64,000 bases of DNA from Tubiluchus corallicola (lineage: Eukaryota; Animalia; Priapulida). Below are positions 1 to 14,198 of this stretch, in pieces (the stretch's first letter is position 1; every line of letters starts with the position of its first letter). The stretch spans positions 1-64,000 of the forward strand of contig JAQGDQ010000845.1 of assembly GCA_030141605.1 (NCBI GenBank), given 5' to 3'. The translations under genes and the position numbers were made by a program. The notes below the pieces were generated by a model, which was not told the origin of the DNA, searched no databases, and saw nothing but the letters and a program-made list of their open reading frames with translations.

Positions 1-800
1 TTCCTACTCGAGCCGGGTTCCTACTCGAGCCAGGTTCCTACCCGAGCCAGGTTCCTACTCGAGCCGGGTTCCTACTCGAGCCGGGTTCCTACTCGAGCCA
101 GGTTCCTACTCGAGCCGGGTTCCTACTCGAGCCGGGTTCCTACTCGAGCCAGGTTCCTACTCCAGCCGAGTTCCTACTCGACCCGGGTTCCTGCCCGAGC
201 CTGGTTCCTACTCGAGCCGGGTTCCTACTCGAGCCGGGTTCCTACTCGAGCCGAGTTCCTACTCGAGCCAGGTTCCTACTCGAGCCGGGTTCCTACTCGA
301 GCCGGGTTCCTACTCGAGCCGGGTTCCTACCCGAGCCAGGTTCCTACTCGAGCCGGGTTCCTAATCGAGCCGGGTTCCTACTCCAGCCGGGTTCCTACTC
401 GACCCGGGTTCCTACTCGACCCGGGTTCCTACTCGACCCGGGTTCCTGCCCGAGCCAGGTTCCTACTCGAGCCGGGTTCCTACTCGACCCGGGTTCCTAC
501 TCGAGCCGGGTTCCTACTCGAGCCAGGTTCCTACTCGACCCGAGTTCCTACTCAAATCAGGTTCCTACTCGTCCCGAGTTCCTACTCGACCCGAGTTCCT
601 ACTCGACCCGGATTCCTACTCGACCCGGTTCCTACTCGACCCGGATTCCTACTCGACCCGGATTCCTACTCGACCCGGTTCCTACTCGACCCGGATTCCT
701 ACTCGAGCTGGGTTCCTACTCGACCGGAGTTCCTACTCGACCCGGATTCCTACTCGACCGGGTTCCTACTCGACCCGGGTTCCTACTCGAGCGAGGTTCT
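1..800. repeat. 17-bp GC-rich minisatellite (TTCCTACTCGAGCCGGG)n, runs off window start
   Basis: Period 17 seen directly; variants shift from GAGCC to GACCC toward the 3' end. Confidence 0.97.
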
Positions 801-1169
801 TACTCAAGGGCTCAAACGTATCTAGTAATTCTTGTGACTTGTTCCATGTTTGTATTTGGTAAAAGTGATGATTCATTTGGTTAACTTCCTGTGAACGGAA
901 GTCTGCGAAAGAACTTCCGCCTGCGCTTGAGAACATATTTTTCACATGTACAAGATGAAGTTTGCCCATTTTAAATGGTACATGTACACAGGATGTACAC
1001 GACCTTATAGGTGTAAAAGATGGTACGGATGCAGTACAAATGCATCACTATTAAAGGAAAACAGGACAATTTTTAATATTCTTTTGAAGTACAGTAAAGA
1101 GTATATATTTTGATGCCTATACTGGCGTTTCTGATAATTAAATATTAATAGACATTCGTAGTCATGTAT

Positions 1170-1610
1170 CGTGTAATTTTTGTAAGATCCGCATTTTTGA
1201 CAGACCTTTGTAGTCAATATCGTAATTTTTATAGGATCCGCATTTTTGACAGACATTTGTAGTCAATATCGTAATTTTTATAGGATCCGCATTTTTGACA
1301 AACCTTTGTAGTGTATACCGTAATTTTTATAGGATCCGCATTGTTGATAGACCTTTGCAGTCAATATCGTAATTTTTATAGGATCCGCATTGTTGATAGA
1401 CCTTTGCAGTCAATATCGTAATTTTTATAGGATCCGCATTGTTGATAGACCTTTGTAGTCAATATCGTAATTTTTATAGGATCCGCATTGTTGATAGACC
1501 TTTGCAGTCAATACCGTAATTTTTATAGGACCCGCTTTGTTGATAGACCTTTGCAGTCAATATCGTAATTTTTATAGGATCCGCATGTTGACAGACCTTT
1601 GTCGTCAATG
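1170..1610. repeat. 49-bp tandem repeat, about 9 copies
   Basis: GGATCCGC recurs at 1234, 1283 and onward; array follows a TTAA-AGGAAAACAGGAC terminus at 1051 shared with the element at 11993. Confidence 0.93.
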
Positions 1611-2264
1611 AGTCTGGGCTTTTGTTGTCTTTAGCAGAAGCTGTTGTTTTATAAACCTTGTCTAGACTGGTTCTTGCCAGCTTAGATTGTTCAGCAAACA
1701 TGATCCAGTTGGTTTTAAGTTCAAGTTGGTTTCTCGGAGGAAAGACCTCACACCGAGGCGCCTTATCAGTGCAGATCCCGCAATCACAGGGGAGACGAGT
1801 TTTGATTCCATTCATCCGGGCGAGGGCTGGACCGTATACCATTCACCCCCCGCAAGTAATGGGCTCGACCAAACGGCTTCCAGACATGTACAGTATAAGC
1901 TCTAACTGAAACCAGATGATACGGAAAGGTCTGTTTATGCTTGGGTCTCTTTATAGCCTTGGTTTCATGTAAACAGTAAGTGGGGAAGACTTCACTAGTT
2001 TCTGCTTGTGAACAAATTGCTGTTTGTTCATTTTGAGAGTTGCCTGAAATCGCGCGTTTTCTAGAACACGTCGTAAATTTAAAACTCAGTTTGTACGTCA
2101 TCATTGGTGTTAATGTAGGCTACATCACGCGGCAACAAGGGGTAGAGAAGGGCGAGACATATAATGAAATAGCAAAAGGAATTATACGATTCAAGACATC
2201 TGATAATAGCAACATTTGGCGACAAGCACAGAAATTTATCAATGTGTTATTCCTTGCTCTATGC

Positions 2265-2990
2265 ACTAATAATTGTAATACATTATTCAATGTAGTAATA
2301 ATTGTAATGCATTATTCAATGTAGTAATAATTGTAATGCATTATTCAATGTAGTAATAACTCTAATGCATTATTCAATGTAGTAATAACTCTAATGCATT
2401 ATTCAATGTAGTAATAACTCTAATACATTATTCAATGTAGTAATAACTCTAATGCATTATTCAATGTAGTAATAACTCTAATGCATTATTCAATGTAGTA
2501 ATAACTCTAATGCATTATTCAATGTAGTAATAACTCTAATGCATTATTCAATGTAGTAATAACTGTAGTGCATTATTCAATGTAGTAATAATTGTAGTGC
2601 ATTATTCAATGTAGTAATAATTGTAATGGATTATTTAATGCATTAATAATCGTAATGTATTATACAATGAGTAATAACTCTAATGCATTATTCAATGTAG
2701 TAATAATTGTAATGGATTATTTAATGCAATAATAATCGTAATGTATTATACAATGTACTAATAGTTGTAATGCATTATTCAATGCACTAATAATTGTAAT
2801 GCATTATTCAATGTAGTAATAACTCTAATGCATTATTCAATGCACTAATAATTGTAATGCATTATTCAATGCACTAATAATTATAATGCATTATTCAATG
2901 CACTATTAATTGTAATGGATTATTCAATGCGCTAATAATTGTAATGCATTATTCAATGCACTAATAATTGTAATGCATTATTCAATGAAT
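2265..2990. repeat. 29-bp AT-rich minisatellite (AATGCATTATTCAATGTAGTAATAACTCT)n
   Basis: Period 29 seen directly. Confidence 0.95.
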
Positions 2991-3648
2991 TAGTTTCATA
3001 ATTTTCTTAAAACTTTCATTATTTTTGCACTGGGCGTCCTTGAACTGTAGCAACCACATCTTTGCAAAGCTGCTCATGGATTTTTCTTCAAGTTATATAT
3101 ACACATGCATCTAGCGATCAGATTGCTAATCCCAGTAGCTCTTACCCAGCCCTGCACTCTTCATGCTGCAATGCTAATAAACATAACCTCTTGTAACTCT
3201 ACACTCTAAGGCTTGCTGGGCCAGGCCTTGACTGAAAAGTTTGCAAAAACTGATAGGTTTCGTTTGAAAAATTACAGAATACCCACCAAGTTGTCTATTT
3301 TCTTGTTGTTGTTTATGTGTGTTTAGAAAGGAGGTCAAAATATACGCCTCTGCCTTGTCTCAGCTGTAAGAAAACTGTAAGAATACTGTTCAAAACCCGG
3401 GAGCTAAACGAAGTTTTCTAGAGTCATACAAGGACGAGCCGCGCGTTATTATCATGTAGATAAAACACGCTGCGTCAAGTGGTGATAACTTTTCGACAAA
3501 TTTGGCAAAACCCCTGTCGTGTAGTTTTGGGACTGGTCCTGCTCGTAAGAAGTTAACTAGCTGCTGCTTAATATCTATGTTCTGGACTGATGACGATAAA
3601 CTGAAAAAAGAACAAACCTGTCGCAAAAGATGTCAAACAAACCATTTA

Positions 3649-4094
3649 CAGTGTTCCCTCACTTATTGTGGGTGTTCCGTTCCAGGCCCACCCGCGATAA
3701 GTGAATTTCCGCGAAGTAGGGACGCTATACTTATTTTAGTAGTTATACATTATTTTAAGTCTTTATAAACCCTCCCCACACTCTTAAACGTAACCCTTTC
3801 CCATTCTCTTAATAACTTTTCCCATAGTGTACATGTACCTTTTAAAAAACTTTACTGAAATGTTCACAAAAATGTTTTATGTCAAGCAGATCATTCGCGT
3901 CTTCATTCACTTCACATTTACTGTACAATACGTACTACGCATGTGCAAAAATAGTTTAGAGTTTTAGACGGAGTACCGCAAAAGCCCGCGAAACAGCGAA
4001 AATACCGCGATAAATATTTTACATTAATATTTTTGAAAACCCGCGAAACAGCGAGTCCGCGATAAACAAATCGCGAAGTAGCGAGGGAACACTG
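3649..4094. mobile_element. Tc1/mariner-pogo (Tigger-like) MITE
   Basis: TIRs CAGTGTTCCCTC...GAGGGAACACTG, TA on both sides, no ORF. Confidence 0.85.
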
Positions 4095-4751
4095 TATAAT
4101 AAAAACAGGAGTAAACCACAAAATTATTATTTGGGCAGCAAAAAAAATTAATTTTTCCAGTTTGCCATTAAAACGAGACGAAATTCAGCGCAGCCACCCT
4201 CCTTACACTGCTATGGGGTCTTAATGCTTTCTTCATCATAAACAAATAAACTTACTGAATGTATCCAGATTATACACGTTTTATTCTACAGTCCTATTTG
4301 CTACTAATAGTAGATTGTGGTATGATAAAGTGCTGTTCTTAAAGCCCTTGAGATTGCAGATAAAAGAGAAACAATTCTGTGGTAAACACTTTCATAGATA
4401 AGCAGTCCGTGGGAAAATGGCTGTATGAGCGGCCGTCGTGCATCTGCGCGTTTTACAATTAACCACACTGTATGCAGCATTGGTGTCGCCATGTTATGAA
4501 ACACTGAAAATCTAGTGCACCTTTCAAGTAACTTGCACAATGCGTTAGTCTGTCTTTAACAAGAGTTAACGTGTCGGTTCAGCAACTTAACTGCGTTACT
4601 GTTTGATTTTTGTGTGTAGTGTGCCTTTAATCGTTTATGTGCATAAATTATCGTCTGCTACCAATAAGTAGTGCAAAAATCTGACAGAAATTGTCAATAT
4701 GATTCACTTCAATTCAGTTTGTTTTATTTTCAGCGCACGAAGTAACCAACA

Positions 4752-4774
4752 ATGTCTGACGAGGAATCAGAACG
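4752..4774 (+). CDS. TnI: Troponin I coding exon 1 (MSDEESE-R)
   Basis: Acceptor ttttcag at 4733, ATG at 4752, donor GTAAGA; phase 2 matches next exon. Confidence 0.75.
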
Positions 4775-4884
4775 GTAAGACAGTTATCGATTAGTCAATA
4801 CAAGTTTACGTACAAACTGAACGCTTATGAGTAAGAAATAATAAGAATATTTAATACCGTCATGTGAAGACAGACCCACTCTAA

Positions 4885-5834
4885 TGGTGCGTTCAGACTA
4901 GCGAGTTTTCACTTAAGTAACTTCTTAAGTAACTCGCAAGCGAGTTATACTAGAGAGCAACAGTTATTGATTAGTGTAATTCACTTTAAAGTGCAGTTTC
5001 TATACTTTTCATAGATGCCTCAAAACAATTTATTAAATTATTAAATTTATAATTTCTCAAGTTATTAAATGCCGAAATGCCATCTGTTGTAATCAAACTC
5101 TTAGCTTACTTTTACACTGAACAAGAATTACTTGTAAAGTGGGCCAGTCAGGTTTATTGCGTTTTCAAAGCTGAAAATGGAGTTCGTCAAGGAGGGAAAA
5201 TGTCTCCCATTTTGTTTAATATCTACCTCAACGAACTAAGCAGTAAAATCGCTGATGAAAAATGCTGGTGGCAAATTGCCAAGAAGCATGTAAATCACTT
5301 GATGTTTGTAGATGATGCTCGCTTCTTGGTAACCACAATAAATGCTTTTCAACGGCTCACTGATATTAATAGTAAAAATGTACATCAATTTGATATTGTT
5401 ATGAACACTAAAGAAACTAAATTAGTCAGCGATAAATTACTCGTTTTCGGTTTAATTTCCTCGTTCTGAATAATGTATTTGTGCTACCGTGTGAGTTACT
5501 CTCCCGACAGTAAGCGACAGCGAGTTACTCTTTGGCACTCACTTCTCTATTCCCTGAAGAAGTGTCGAGAGTAACTTGCCGAGACGTTCACACTACACAG
5601 TAAATCACAACTCACAACAACTGTAGGAGGGTTCGCAATAACCTGCCGACAGTAACTCTCTATTCACTGCGAGAAGTGTCGAGAGTAACTCGCCAAGGCG
5701 TTCACACTACACTGTAAATCAACTCACAACAACTGTAGGAGGGTTCGCAATAACCTGCCGACAGTAACTCGTAAACCAGTTCACACTTGCGAGTTTGCCT
5801 GACAGAGAGAAAACACGCCAGTCTGAACGCGCCG
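4885..5834. mobile_element. PIF/Harbinger-like non-autonomous element carrying a LINE RT fragment
   Basis: TIRs GGTGCGTTCAGACTAGCGAGTTTTC / GAAAACACGCCAGTCTGAACGCGCC, TAA flanks; right end also present at about 16200-16385. Confidence 0.7.
5077..5469 (+). pseudogene. Degenerate non-LTR reverse transcriptase fragment (CR1/L2 group-like)
   Basis: NGVRQGGKMSPILFNIYLNEL...HLMFVDD correspond to the RT QG and YADD motifs. Confidence 0.85.
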
Positions 5835-6152
5835 TAACGGAGGCTACTCTAGACCAATAGTAATTTGCACGTAGCATTAAACTAATTAGAAGAAGGTTTA
5901 GCAGATCAAATCCAGGTTTTGGCTATTTTTATGTAAAAATTACCTTGAACCTTTAATTTGGTAACATTAATCAATGGCTAACAGTAAATGATAATGATTA
6001 GGCCTGTAGGATTTAATTAGTTGTACGAAAATTAATTAAGATGCGCAGAATTCGGCTACTTAAGTCAGGAGGATTAGTTGTGACAAAGAAGTGGTCACAT
6101 ATTTACATATGTAAGCTTTACATATTAATAATTTCACGGTATATCCATTGTT

Positions 6153-6352
6153 AAGTTACGACTTCATGCGCGCGTAATGCGTGATCTGTAATGCGTAATG
6201 CGTGATGCGTATTTAGATGGCAGCCATCACGTCCGAGAGAATACGTATCAAGCATCGCGTACACGTGGAAACAGTTCCACGTGTTGAAATATAAACACGC
6301 ATCACGCATTACGGATCACGCATCACGCATTACGCGCATATGGAGTCGTACC
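6153..6352. mobile_element. About 200-bp palindromic MITE, copy 1
   Basis: TACGACTTCATGCGCGCGTAATGCG...CGCATTACGCGCATATGGAGTCGTA; second copy at 10233-10431. Confidence 0.75.
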
Positions 6353-7053
6353 TTTACGCTTGTTTATAAACCCTAGCCCCCATTTTGTTTCAAGTAAACC
6401 CTGCTAGTTTAAGTAACCTTATCTTTACGCTTAATGATAAGCCTTATTACAGTTTCAGCGATTGATGATGATCGTGAAAAGGTCAAAGGTTAAGTATACC
6501 AGACAACGTATTTAGTGTACATTTGACAACGCCTCACAGCCCAAGTTATTGTAATAATAAGAGTTATAACAGCTAGCTAGAACCTTACCTAGTTCATTTT
6601 TCTTGTTCTCAAGCAAGATTCTGCTACTAAACCAGTCTAATGCATAAAGTAAAGTCCGCATAAAACAACTGACGATACTGAACTAACGCGGCGGACGGCT
6701 TTGCTTTACCCACACCGTCGCATGACAGATATAATTAAAACGCGTTGCTATGGTGGGTGCACTTAACCTTTGACCTACAGCAACTGCCCGTGCGCATAAC
6801 GAAACTGTGAAAAGGCTTATTAATTAATGAGTGAAAAACGCTTGGAGGAAACGATCCTCAAAAGCAATTTTGTTAAAAAAAGGATTTCGAAAATAAGAAA
6901 AAAATGATAGGTCCATTGACATCGCGGTGGCAGGTTGCCATGGTTACTTCACACATTGACGTTATAAACTTATAGATACTTGTGTTATTATCATTATTAA
7001 AATTTCTTTTACGAATTCATGTACCTGTTCGTTGAATTTTGCAATCAAAATAG

Positions 7054-7093
7054 GGAATCTGAAGAAGAAGTCGAGGAGGAGGAGGAAGAGCAG
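7054..7093 (+). CDS. TnI: Troponin I coding exon 2 (ESEEEVEEEEEEQ)
   Basis: AG/GT bounded, phase 2 to 0, acidic N-terminal extension. Confidence 0.75.
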
Positions 7094-8631
7094 GTATCCA
7101 GACGCAACTAATCGATAATAATAAAAATCTTCTCTCTTTCTAGTTGCAGGATTTATTTTTTTTGAAATAGTGTAGAAATTTGCATAGAGGAGTGAGTTTA
7201 TTTTTCAGCTTTTTTATGTCATCTCAGCTCTGCTGTTTAGTTAAAACTACAACTTTTAGCACAAAAAGTAAATTTTATTTAGTAACAGCTTCCTGGGGCT
7301 CCATTATTGCAAAAACGGCAATCTTCCTAGTTTTGCAACTGTAACAAGCTACCCAAGTTTCGCAAAAAATGATTAACTAAGTTTTGAACGTCAGTTTAAT
7401 GTCAAAAATTGTGCAAATACTTTTAGCATTAATTATCATTTTGCATTGCACCATACTGCCGTTTGTGTTGTACTTCAATTCAGTGCAATTTTCTTTCTAA
7501 GAAATAAATTTGATAACGGAACGTTGGTACAAAAATTAAAAATGGAGTTCAGGCCACAATTGTTACGTTTTTTTTTTGTTCTTTCTTCAACAAAATTAAC
7601 TTTGCGTGTTTTGGCCTGATTGTTTTCTGATTCCAAAAACAAAATTCTAAAAAATTAGGCCTGCACGTATTTTGGCTCATTGATCTAGGCCTAACGTACT
7701 TGCTATCATACCACATTCTTAGATTTCTGTATATAAACCGTCAAATACAACATAAAATTAAAACCAAGAATACAGGTGAAAAGATGGACATTAATTTTCA
7801 TCATGTCAACCATGGAATATTATTTCTATGGCTGAAAATAATAAACTAGGACTAGCCCAAAATAAACTAGGCCTAGCCCTGCTGGCCTGCACAGATTCTT
7901 ATTGTCTGGACCTAGGTGAAATTCATAAACTAACAGAGACTCAACCTCGTCTTCTTCTTAATTATTTTCACTTTTTTGCTGTTTTATTTGCAGAAATAAT
8001 TGTTTAATTTAAGCTGTTAATTTGTTTGACGTGTGTGTCTTTAGATGATTTTATTACAACGAGGTATTTTTTCTTTTTCTTTTTGCTCTGTTCTGTTGTG
8101 GGACACTTTGCTGACTGGTGGCTATAAAGATCATCTGAGGTAAGAGAATCTCGTTATAACGAACTCGATTAGATCGAATTTTTCGTATCTGATTCATCGA
8201 TTATAACGAAATTCATTGCCCAACGTTATTACTTTCTTTTTCTTCTTTAGCTCGTTTAATTTCTCAATTTTCATAGTCATATGACTGACATTTTCATTTG
8301 CTGTGATCTTTACTTTCTGTTCTTTCAAGTTAATGCAATGTGTGCAATTTTCTTAACATGTGTTAAGAACTCGTAAGAGAAAAACCATTTAATAGTGTCT
8401 TTGAGTTTGTTTTTTATTACAAACATCTGTTCAAAGTAAACATTCAGTTGATACCCTTTGAATTTACATTATACTGTAATCATTAACCACTGCTTCATGT
8501 TGAGTGACAGTTTTCAAATTTCCACCCATTCTTTGAAATAACAGCTTTTGGAGTTACATTAACGTAAATTTTATTATGTTTGTAATTGTGAAATGATCCA
8601 TTCATCCATTGCACCTAAAATTGTCTTTGTC

Positions 8632-10083
8632 AGGACCACTCCTTCGCCTGTTGTGATCCGTGTTCGTGTTCTCGTTGTTCAAGGACCAGTCCTTCGTCTG
8701 TTGTGATCTGTGTTCGTGTTCTCGTTGTTCAAGGAGCAGTCCTTCGCCTGTTGTGATGTGTGTTCGTGTTCTCATTGTTCATGGACCACTCCTTCGCCTG
8801 TTGTGATGTGTGTTAGTGTTCTCGTTGTTCAAGGACCAATCCTTCGCCTGTTGTGATCTGTGTTCCTGTTCTCGTTGTTCAAGGAGCAGTCCTTCGCCTG
8901 TTGTGATCTGTGTTCGTGTTCTCATTGTTCATGGAGCAATCCTTCGCCTGTTGTGATGTGTGTTCGTGTTCTCATTGTTCAAGGACCAATCCTTCGCCTG
9001 TTGTGATGTGTGTTCGTGTTCTCATTGTTCAAGGACCAATCCTTCGCCTGTTGTGATGTGTGTTCGTGTTCTCATTGTTCAAGGACCAGTCCTTCGCCTG
9101 TTGTGATGTGTGTTCGTGTTCTCATTGTTCAAGGACCAATCCTTCGCCTGTTGTGATGTGTGTTCGTGTTCTCATTGTTCAAGGACCACTCCTTCGCCTG
9201 TTGTGATGTGTGTTCGTGTTCTCATTGTTCAAGGAGCAGTCCTTCGCCTGTTGTGATCTGTGTTCGTGTTCTTATTGTTCAAGGACCACTCCTTCGCCTG
9301 TTGTGATGTGTGTTCGTGTTCCCATTGTTCAAGGACCACTTCTTCGCCTGTTGTGATCTGTGTTCGTGTTCTCATTGTTCAAGGACCAGTTCTTCGCCTG
9401 TTGTGATGTGTGTTCGTGTTCTCATTGTTCAAGGACCACTCCTTCGCCTGTTGTGATGTGTGTTAGTGTTCTCATTGTTCAAGGACCACTCCTTCGCCTG
9501 TTGTGATCTATGTTCGTATTCTCATTGTTCAAGGACCACTCCTTCGCCTGTTGTGATGTGTGTTAGTGTTCTCATTGTTCAAGGACCAGTCCTTCGCCTG
9601 TTGTGATCTGTGTTCGTGTTCTCATTGTTCAAGGACCACTCCTTCGCCTGTTGTGATGTGTGTTAGTGTTCTCATTGTTCAAGGACCAGTCCTTCGCCTG
9701 TTGTGATCTGTGTTCGTGTTCTCATTGTTCAAGGACCACTCCTTCGCTTGTTGTGATGTGTGTTCGTGTTCTCATTGTTCAAGGACCAATCCTTCGACTG
9801 TTGTGATCTGTGTTCGTGTTCTCATTGTTCAAGGACCACTCCTTTGCCTGTTGCGATCTGTGTTCGTGTTCTCATTGTTCAAGGACCACTTCTTCGCCTG
9901 TTGTGATCTGTGTTCGTGTTCTCATTGTTCAAGGACCAGTCCTTCGCCTGTTGTGATCTGTGTTCGTGTTCTCATTGTTCAAGGACCACTCCTTCGCCTG
10001 TTGTGATGTGTGTTCGTGTTCTCATTGTTCAAGTACCAGTCCTTCACCTGTTGTGATCTGTGTTCCTGTTCTCATTGTTCAAC
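8632..10083. repeat. 50-bp satellite, about 29 copies
   Basis: AGGACCACTCCTTCGCCTGTTGTGATGTGTGTTCGTGTTCTCATTGTTCA, exact period 50. Confidence 0.98.
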
Positions 10084-10232
10084 ATCTTATAGTACCTATA
10101 GTATCGTTAGTATATAGTATAACTATTATGTGTCTAATTTCTTGTGCACATTGTAGTAGACAGCATGGTAAACTAGACCTAAAACGTTTGAATAGTTTGT
10201 TCTGCATTTTGCACCACGTTTAATATGAATTT

Positions 10233-10431
10233 AAGATACGACTCCATGTGCGCGTATGCGTTATCCCTAATGCGTAATGCGTGATACGTATTTAGACGAC
10301 AGTCATCACGTCCGAGTGAATGCATAACAATCATCAGCATTACGGTTACGTATACACGGAAATACTTTCAGTGCTTAAATATAAATTGTTGTATACGCAT
10401 CACGCATTACGCGCACGCGGAGTCGTACATT
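10233..10431. mobile_element. About 200-bp palindromic MITE, copy 2
   Basis: Same termini and interior as 6153-6352. Confidence 0.75.
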
Positions 10432-10824
10432 TAGTAAAAAACATTTGCATGTTAACTACAATAGTTTAATTTACACAATTTTAATTTATTTAGTCCCTCT
10501 GTGGTCATTATTAAACTTTTGCTAGTTGAGTTTCAGTAGCAAAGGTTAAAACCGGCTTGGAAGTTTCAGTATCACCACACTCTCCGCTAGGTGGCGCAAA
10601 AATGTGTCGAAGTTTTGATAATGGCGTTATAAGAACTAAATAGCTGAGTTGTTTGAAAATTACCACGCTGATATTACAGACGTTTGTCCTAAAAACACTA
10701 AAAACTTCGGGAATTTTTCTTAGATTTGTCCAAAGATACGGAAGTCTTAAATCAACAAGTCTAAAAAAATTGATGACACAAAAAAAATGTGACACTATTG
10801 ACACTATACAGCTCGACTTATTTT

Positions 10825-11252
10825 TTTTATGTTGCTATGTTCTTTGACAATGTTATGTTTTATTTTATGTTGATATGTTCTTTGACAATGTTATGTTTTA
10901 TTTTATGTTGATATGTTCTTTGATAATGTTATGTTTTATTTTATGTTGATATGTTCTTTGATAATGTTATGTTTTATTTTATGTTGATATGTTCTTTGAT
11001 AATGTTATGTTTTATTTTGTGTTGATATGTTTCTTGATAATGTTATGTTTTATTTCATGTTGATATGTTTCTTTGATAATGTTATGTTTTATTTTATGTT
11101 GATATGTTCTTTGATAATGTTATGTTTTATTTCATGTTGATATGTTTCTTGATAATGTTATGTTTTATTTTATGTTGATATGTTCTTTGACAATGTTATG
11201 TTTTATTTTGTGTTGATATGTTCTTTGATAATGTTATGTTTTACTTTATGTT
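10825..11252. repeat. 38-bp T-rich minisatellite, about 11 copies
   Basis: TTGATAATGTTATGTTTTATTTTATGTTGATATGTTCT, period 38. Confidence 0.95.
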
Positions 11253-11992
11253 GTACTACAAGTGTAATGACATAATTACATGGTATTCAGATGAAGGCGA
11301 TGGCTGCTAGTTGACTACTTATGTGCCCTTAATTTCTCAAATCTCAGTGTTATTGTTAAGTGGTGGAATAAGCACAAAATTATTGATTTTTTAAAACCAG
11401 ACATAACCAATGAGAAAGACATAAGAAAAAGCGTTCATTCCATTAGTAGGAATTAACTGTACTAAGAATGTTCACTTGTTTTGTGAGACATACTTTTCTA
11501 ATTGCAACTTTTCTATTCATCATTTATGCGTATAATTTTACGTTACACTAACATATGTAATTTTTGCATGTGCACGCCGGGACGGTTTATCCAATAGGTT
11601 AGTACAGACTGCGGCCTAGGCCCTTCATTGGTAACATTTGATAAAAAATCGATTTGAAAAAAAATTGTGGTATTTCTTAAAGAATACTTCTATTGCCAAA
11701 CAAAAGATAGTTATTCTAGTTTACTTAAAGAATATACAATTAGTTTACTTCAAGCTACGTAAATGTGGCTACATTGTATCACATTGTAAAGAATATTCAA
11801 GACGGGTGCAGGCAAGTTAGACAGCGGCTCCGTCGGAGAGGTGCCCCATAATTTCACTAGCCCATGTCCTCCAAAAATGTCATAATCCAGCCCTGTCTGC
11901 ATGTGTCTAACTAAGGCTTGCAAAATGTATTGTGCCTAGATAATTGCTGTCTTGTAGTTCCATGTTGTGACTTACTTAGTGTAATCGTTTAA

Positions 11993-13991
11993 AGGAAAAC
12001 AGGACGATTTTTCATATACTACCCAGTTTTCCAAGTCTGATAAAAAGTGCACATACAGCTAAAATGTGATCAATGAACTCTGTCACATTCTTACGGTACA
12101 ACGCTCAAGTTTCGCTCAATTTTAATCTTAACTGCATTAGACGGTAAAGCAAAATACTTGAAAGTAATTAGTACCTGCCGGTAGTCGTGATGAAAGGGTT
12201 CGGCCATTGCTGACCGCGGGTCAATTTTTTAACATCCGCGTAGTTAAAAGAGCGTCTAATCACTGTGACCTCGGTAAAGTCGAGTGAAAAGAGTTCACCT
12301 GCTTAAGGAGGAATGTAAAGGTATCTCTTTTGACGCAAGGAGTTAAGTTTTACAAATTGGAATGAAAATTACAGAGATCGAAACTGGAAAGAGGTCGTTC
12401 ACTTTTCTGAGCGTCCGATTCGTGGCTAAAGAGACTGTCTTGAATAATTGAACTCAACTCCACTAAATTCAAGTCCGCTAAAAACTATACCCTTTAAAAC
12501 AATTAATACTGCAAAAGCGCTTCTGATAATTAAATAATAGATTAAAAACTAAATTAACTGCGGACGAGCCCAACTGTTGATGACATCACAAACGAACATA
12601 ATTGTTAACAGCGAGAAATGTTCTACGAGCGCGTTTGTGAAAGTGAAAATTGAAGTACAGTGCTACTGTAAGATATTCGGTATGTTGTACTAAAACTAGG
12701 CAAGTTTTAAGATAAAAATTCAAATTTCAAATTTATCCCTGTGCTCACGCATGAGCTGCGGAGCGCGTGCAGTTCGTCACAAGCTAACACAACTGAACTA
12801 AGAGGTAAAGCGCCTGTTTTTTGTGCAATGCGTTTCGTGCGGGCGCTAGTGGCCCTCTAACTGGAGAATGGCGAAGTGCAAGTAACAGCAAAGAACTATT
12901 GTCCTAATTAATATATAGTTCAAAATTTCTACTAATATATACTACTACTAATATGTTTAAATTAATATATAGTTCAAAATTGCAGTGTTTTAGATACTCC
13001 TTTTTCAATAACACTTCCTTGGTGAAACGTAAAGTCTAATTATTAAAAAAGCCGAACCCAATCTCAAACTACAGCTGAAAACAGTTTACCCTGAAAAATA
13101 TTCTAATGAAACGTACTATTTTTGCAAGAAAACTTGCGTGAAAGAATTAGTACCACAGAATGGCAATTTCGCGTTCACGCGGCTTGTTCTACACTGCTAC
13201 GTGCTTTTGGCTGTTCACTATTAGACGGGCCCTAGCGCCTGTATCTGGAAAACCCGTTACACACAAAAAAACAAGTGTTGTACCTCTCAGTTCAGAGGCA
13301 TTTAGTTGTGACGTAGTGCGCGAACGTGAAATTGATTGTGCTGTAACAATTCCTTCACGTAAGGCACTTTTGAAAAAATAGTATGTTTACTTTCAATATT
13401 TTAAAGAGTAGATTGTTTTGACCTATAGTTTTGCATTAATTAAAAGAAAATGGGACGATTGTGTAAACATGCGTTCAGAATAAAGAATGCTCTAAAATAT
13501 TGAAAACTACAATAGCTTATTTTAAATCAAAGCTTAGATTAAATAATAATTACCTCGGATTCTCAAATTTCGTTAAACTTTCAAAGCTACGAGCGGCTCA
13601 GTGAATCTACTAAGATTGGCAACGGCGCCTTTTTGTCACATTCGCATCGCCAACAGTAGAAGGTGATACACTGTAAACCATGATCATGAACTGCAGTATT
13701 AGTTTATGACATCATATGATGTAAAGCCCATTTTTCATGACATCATGCATTTAAGCAGTACTGTACCACTTTCGCAAACGTGTTTGATGCGCAAGGGAAG
13801 ATGCCTGTCATTGCACAAACTGTAGTTAGTTTCTGACGTAAGCAATAGCTGTGTTCGGTTGCCGTTAATTAACTTTCTAAGCTAATTTTTCAAATATAAG
13901 GAACAACTGTTAACTTTTATAGACAAGAAAATGTATATTTTGGACAATAAATTAAAATGAGATTGAGTCTAAACAATCGTTAACTTTTCCT
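11993..13991. mobile_element. Kolobok-like non-autonomous DNA transposon
   Basis: TTAA on both flanks, AG...CT ends, imperfect TIR AGGAAAAC..ACGATT; internal blocks shared with 54044-55144. Confidence 0.6.
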
Positions 13992-14198
13992 TTAACTACT
14001 ACATATTTTTATTAGTATTCTGTGTTCATTTACATGTTTTGAACTTAATCTGTTCTCACTGTGTGGCATGTTAATAACATTGTTAGACCTCGTGTTCCTT
14101 TTCCCATTCCATAACTTTCTAACTTGGTAACCATTGCTGAATGTTTGGTAAACTTTGCATCGATCTTAATCGTAAATAAGTCATTTGTTTGTGTAAAG

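Noticed and set aside
8632-10083. Regular array resembling CRISPR; Cys-rich ORFs
   Set aside because: Units are contiguous with no unique spacers, the context is a eukaryotic intron, and there are no cas genes.
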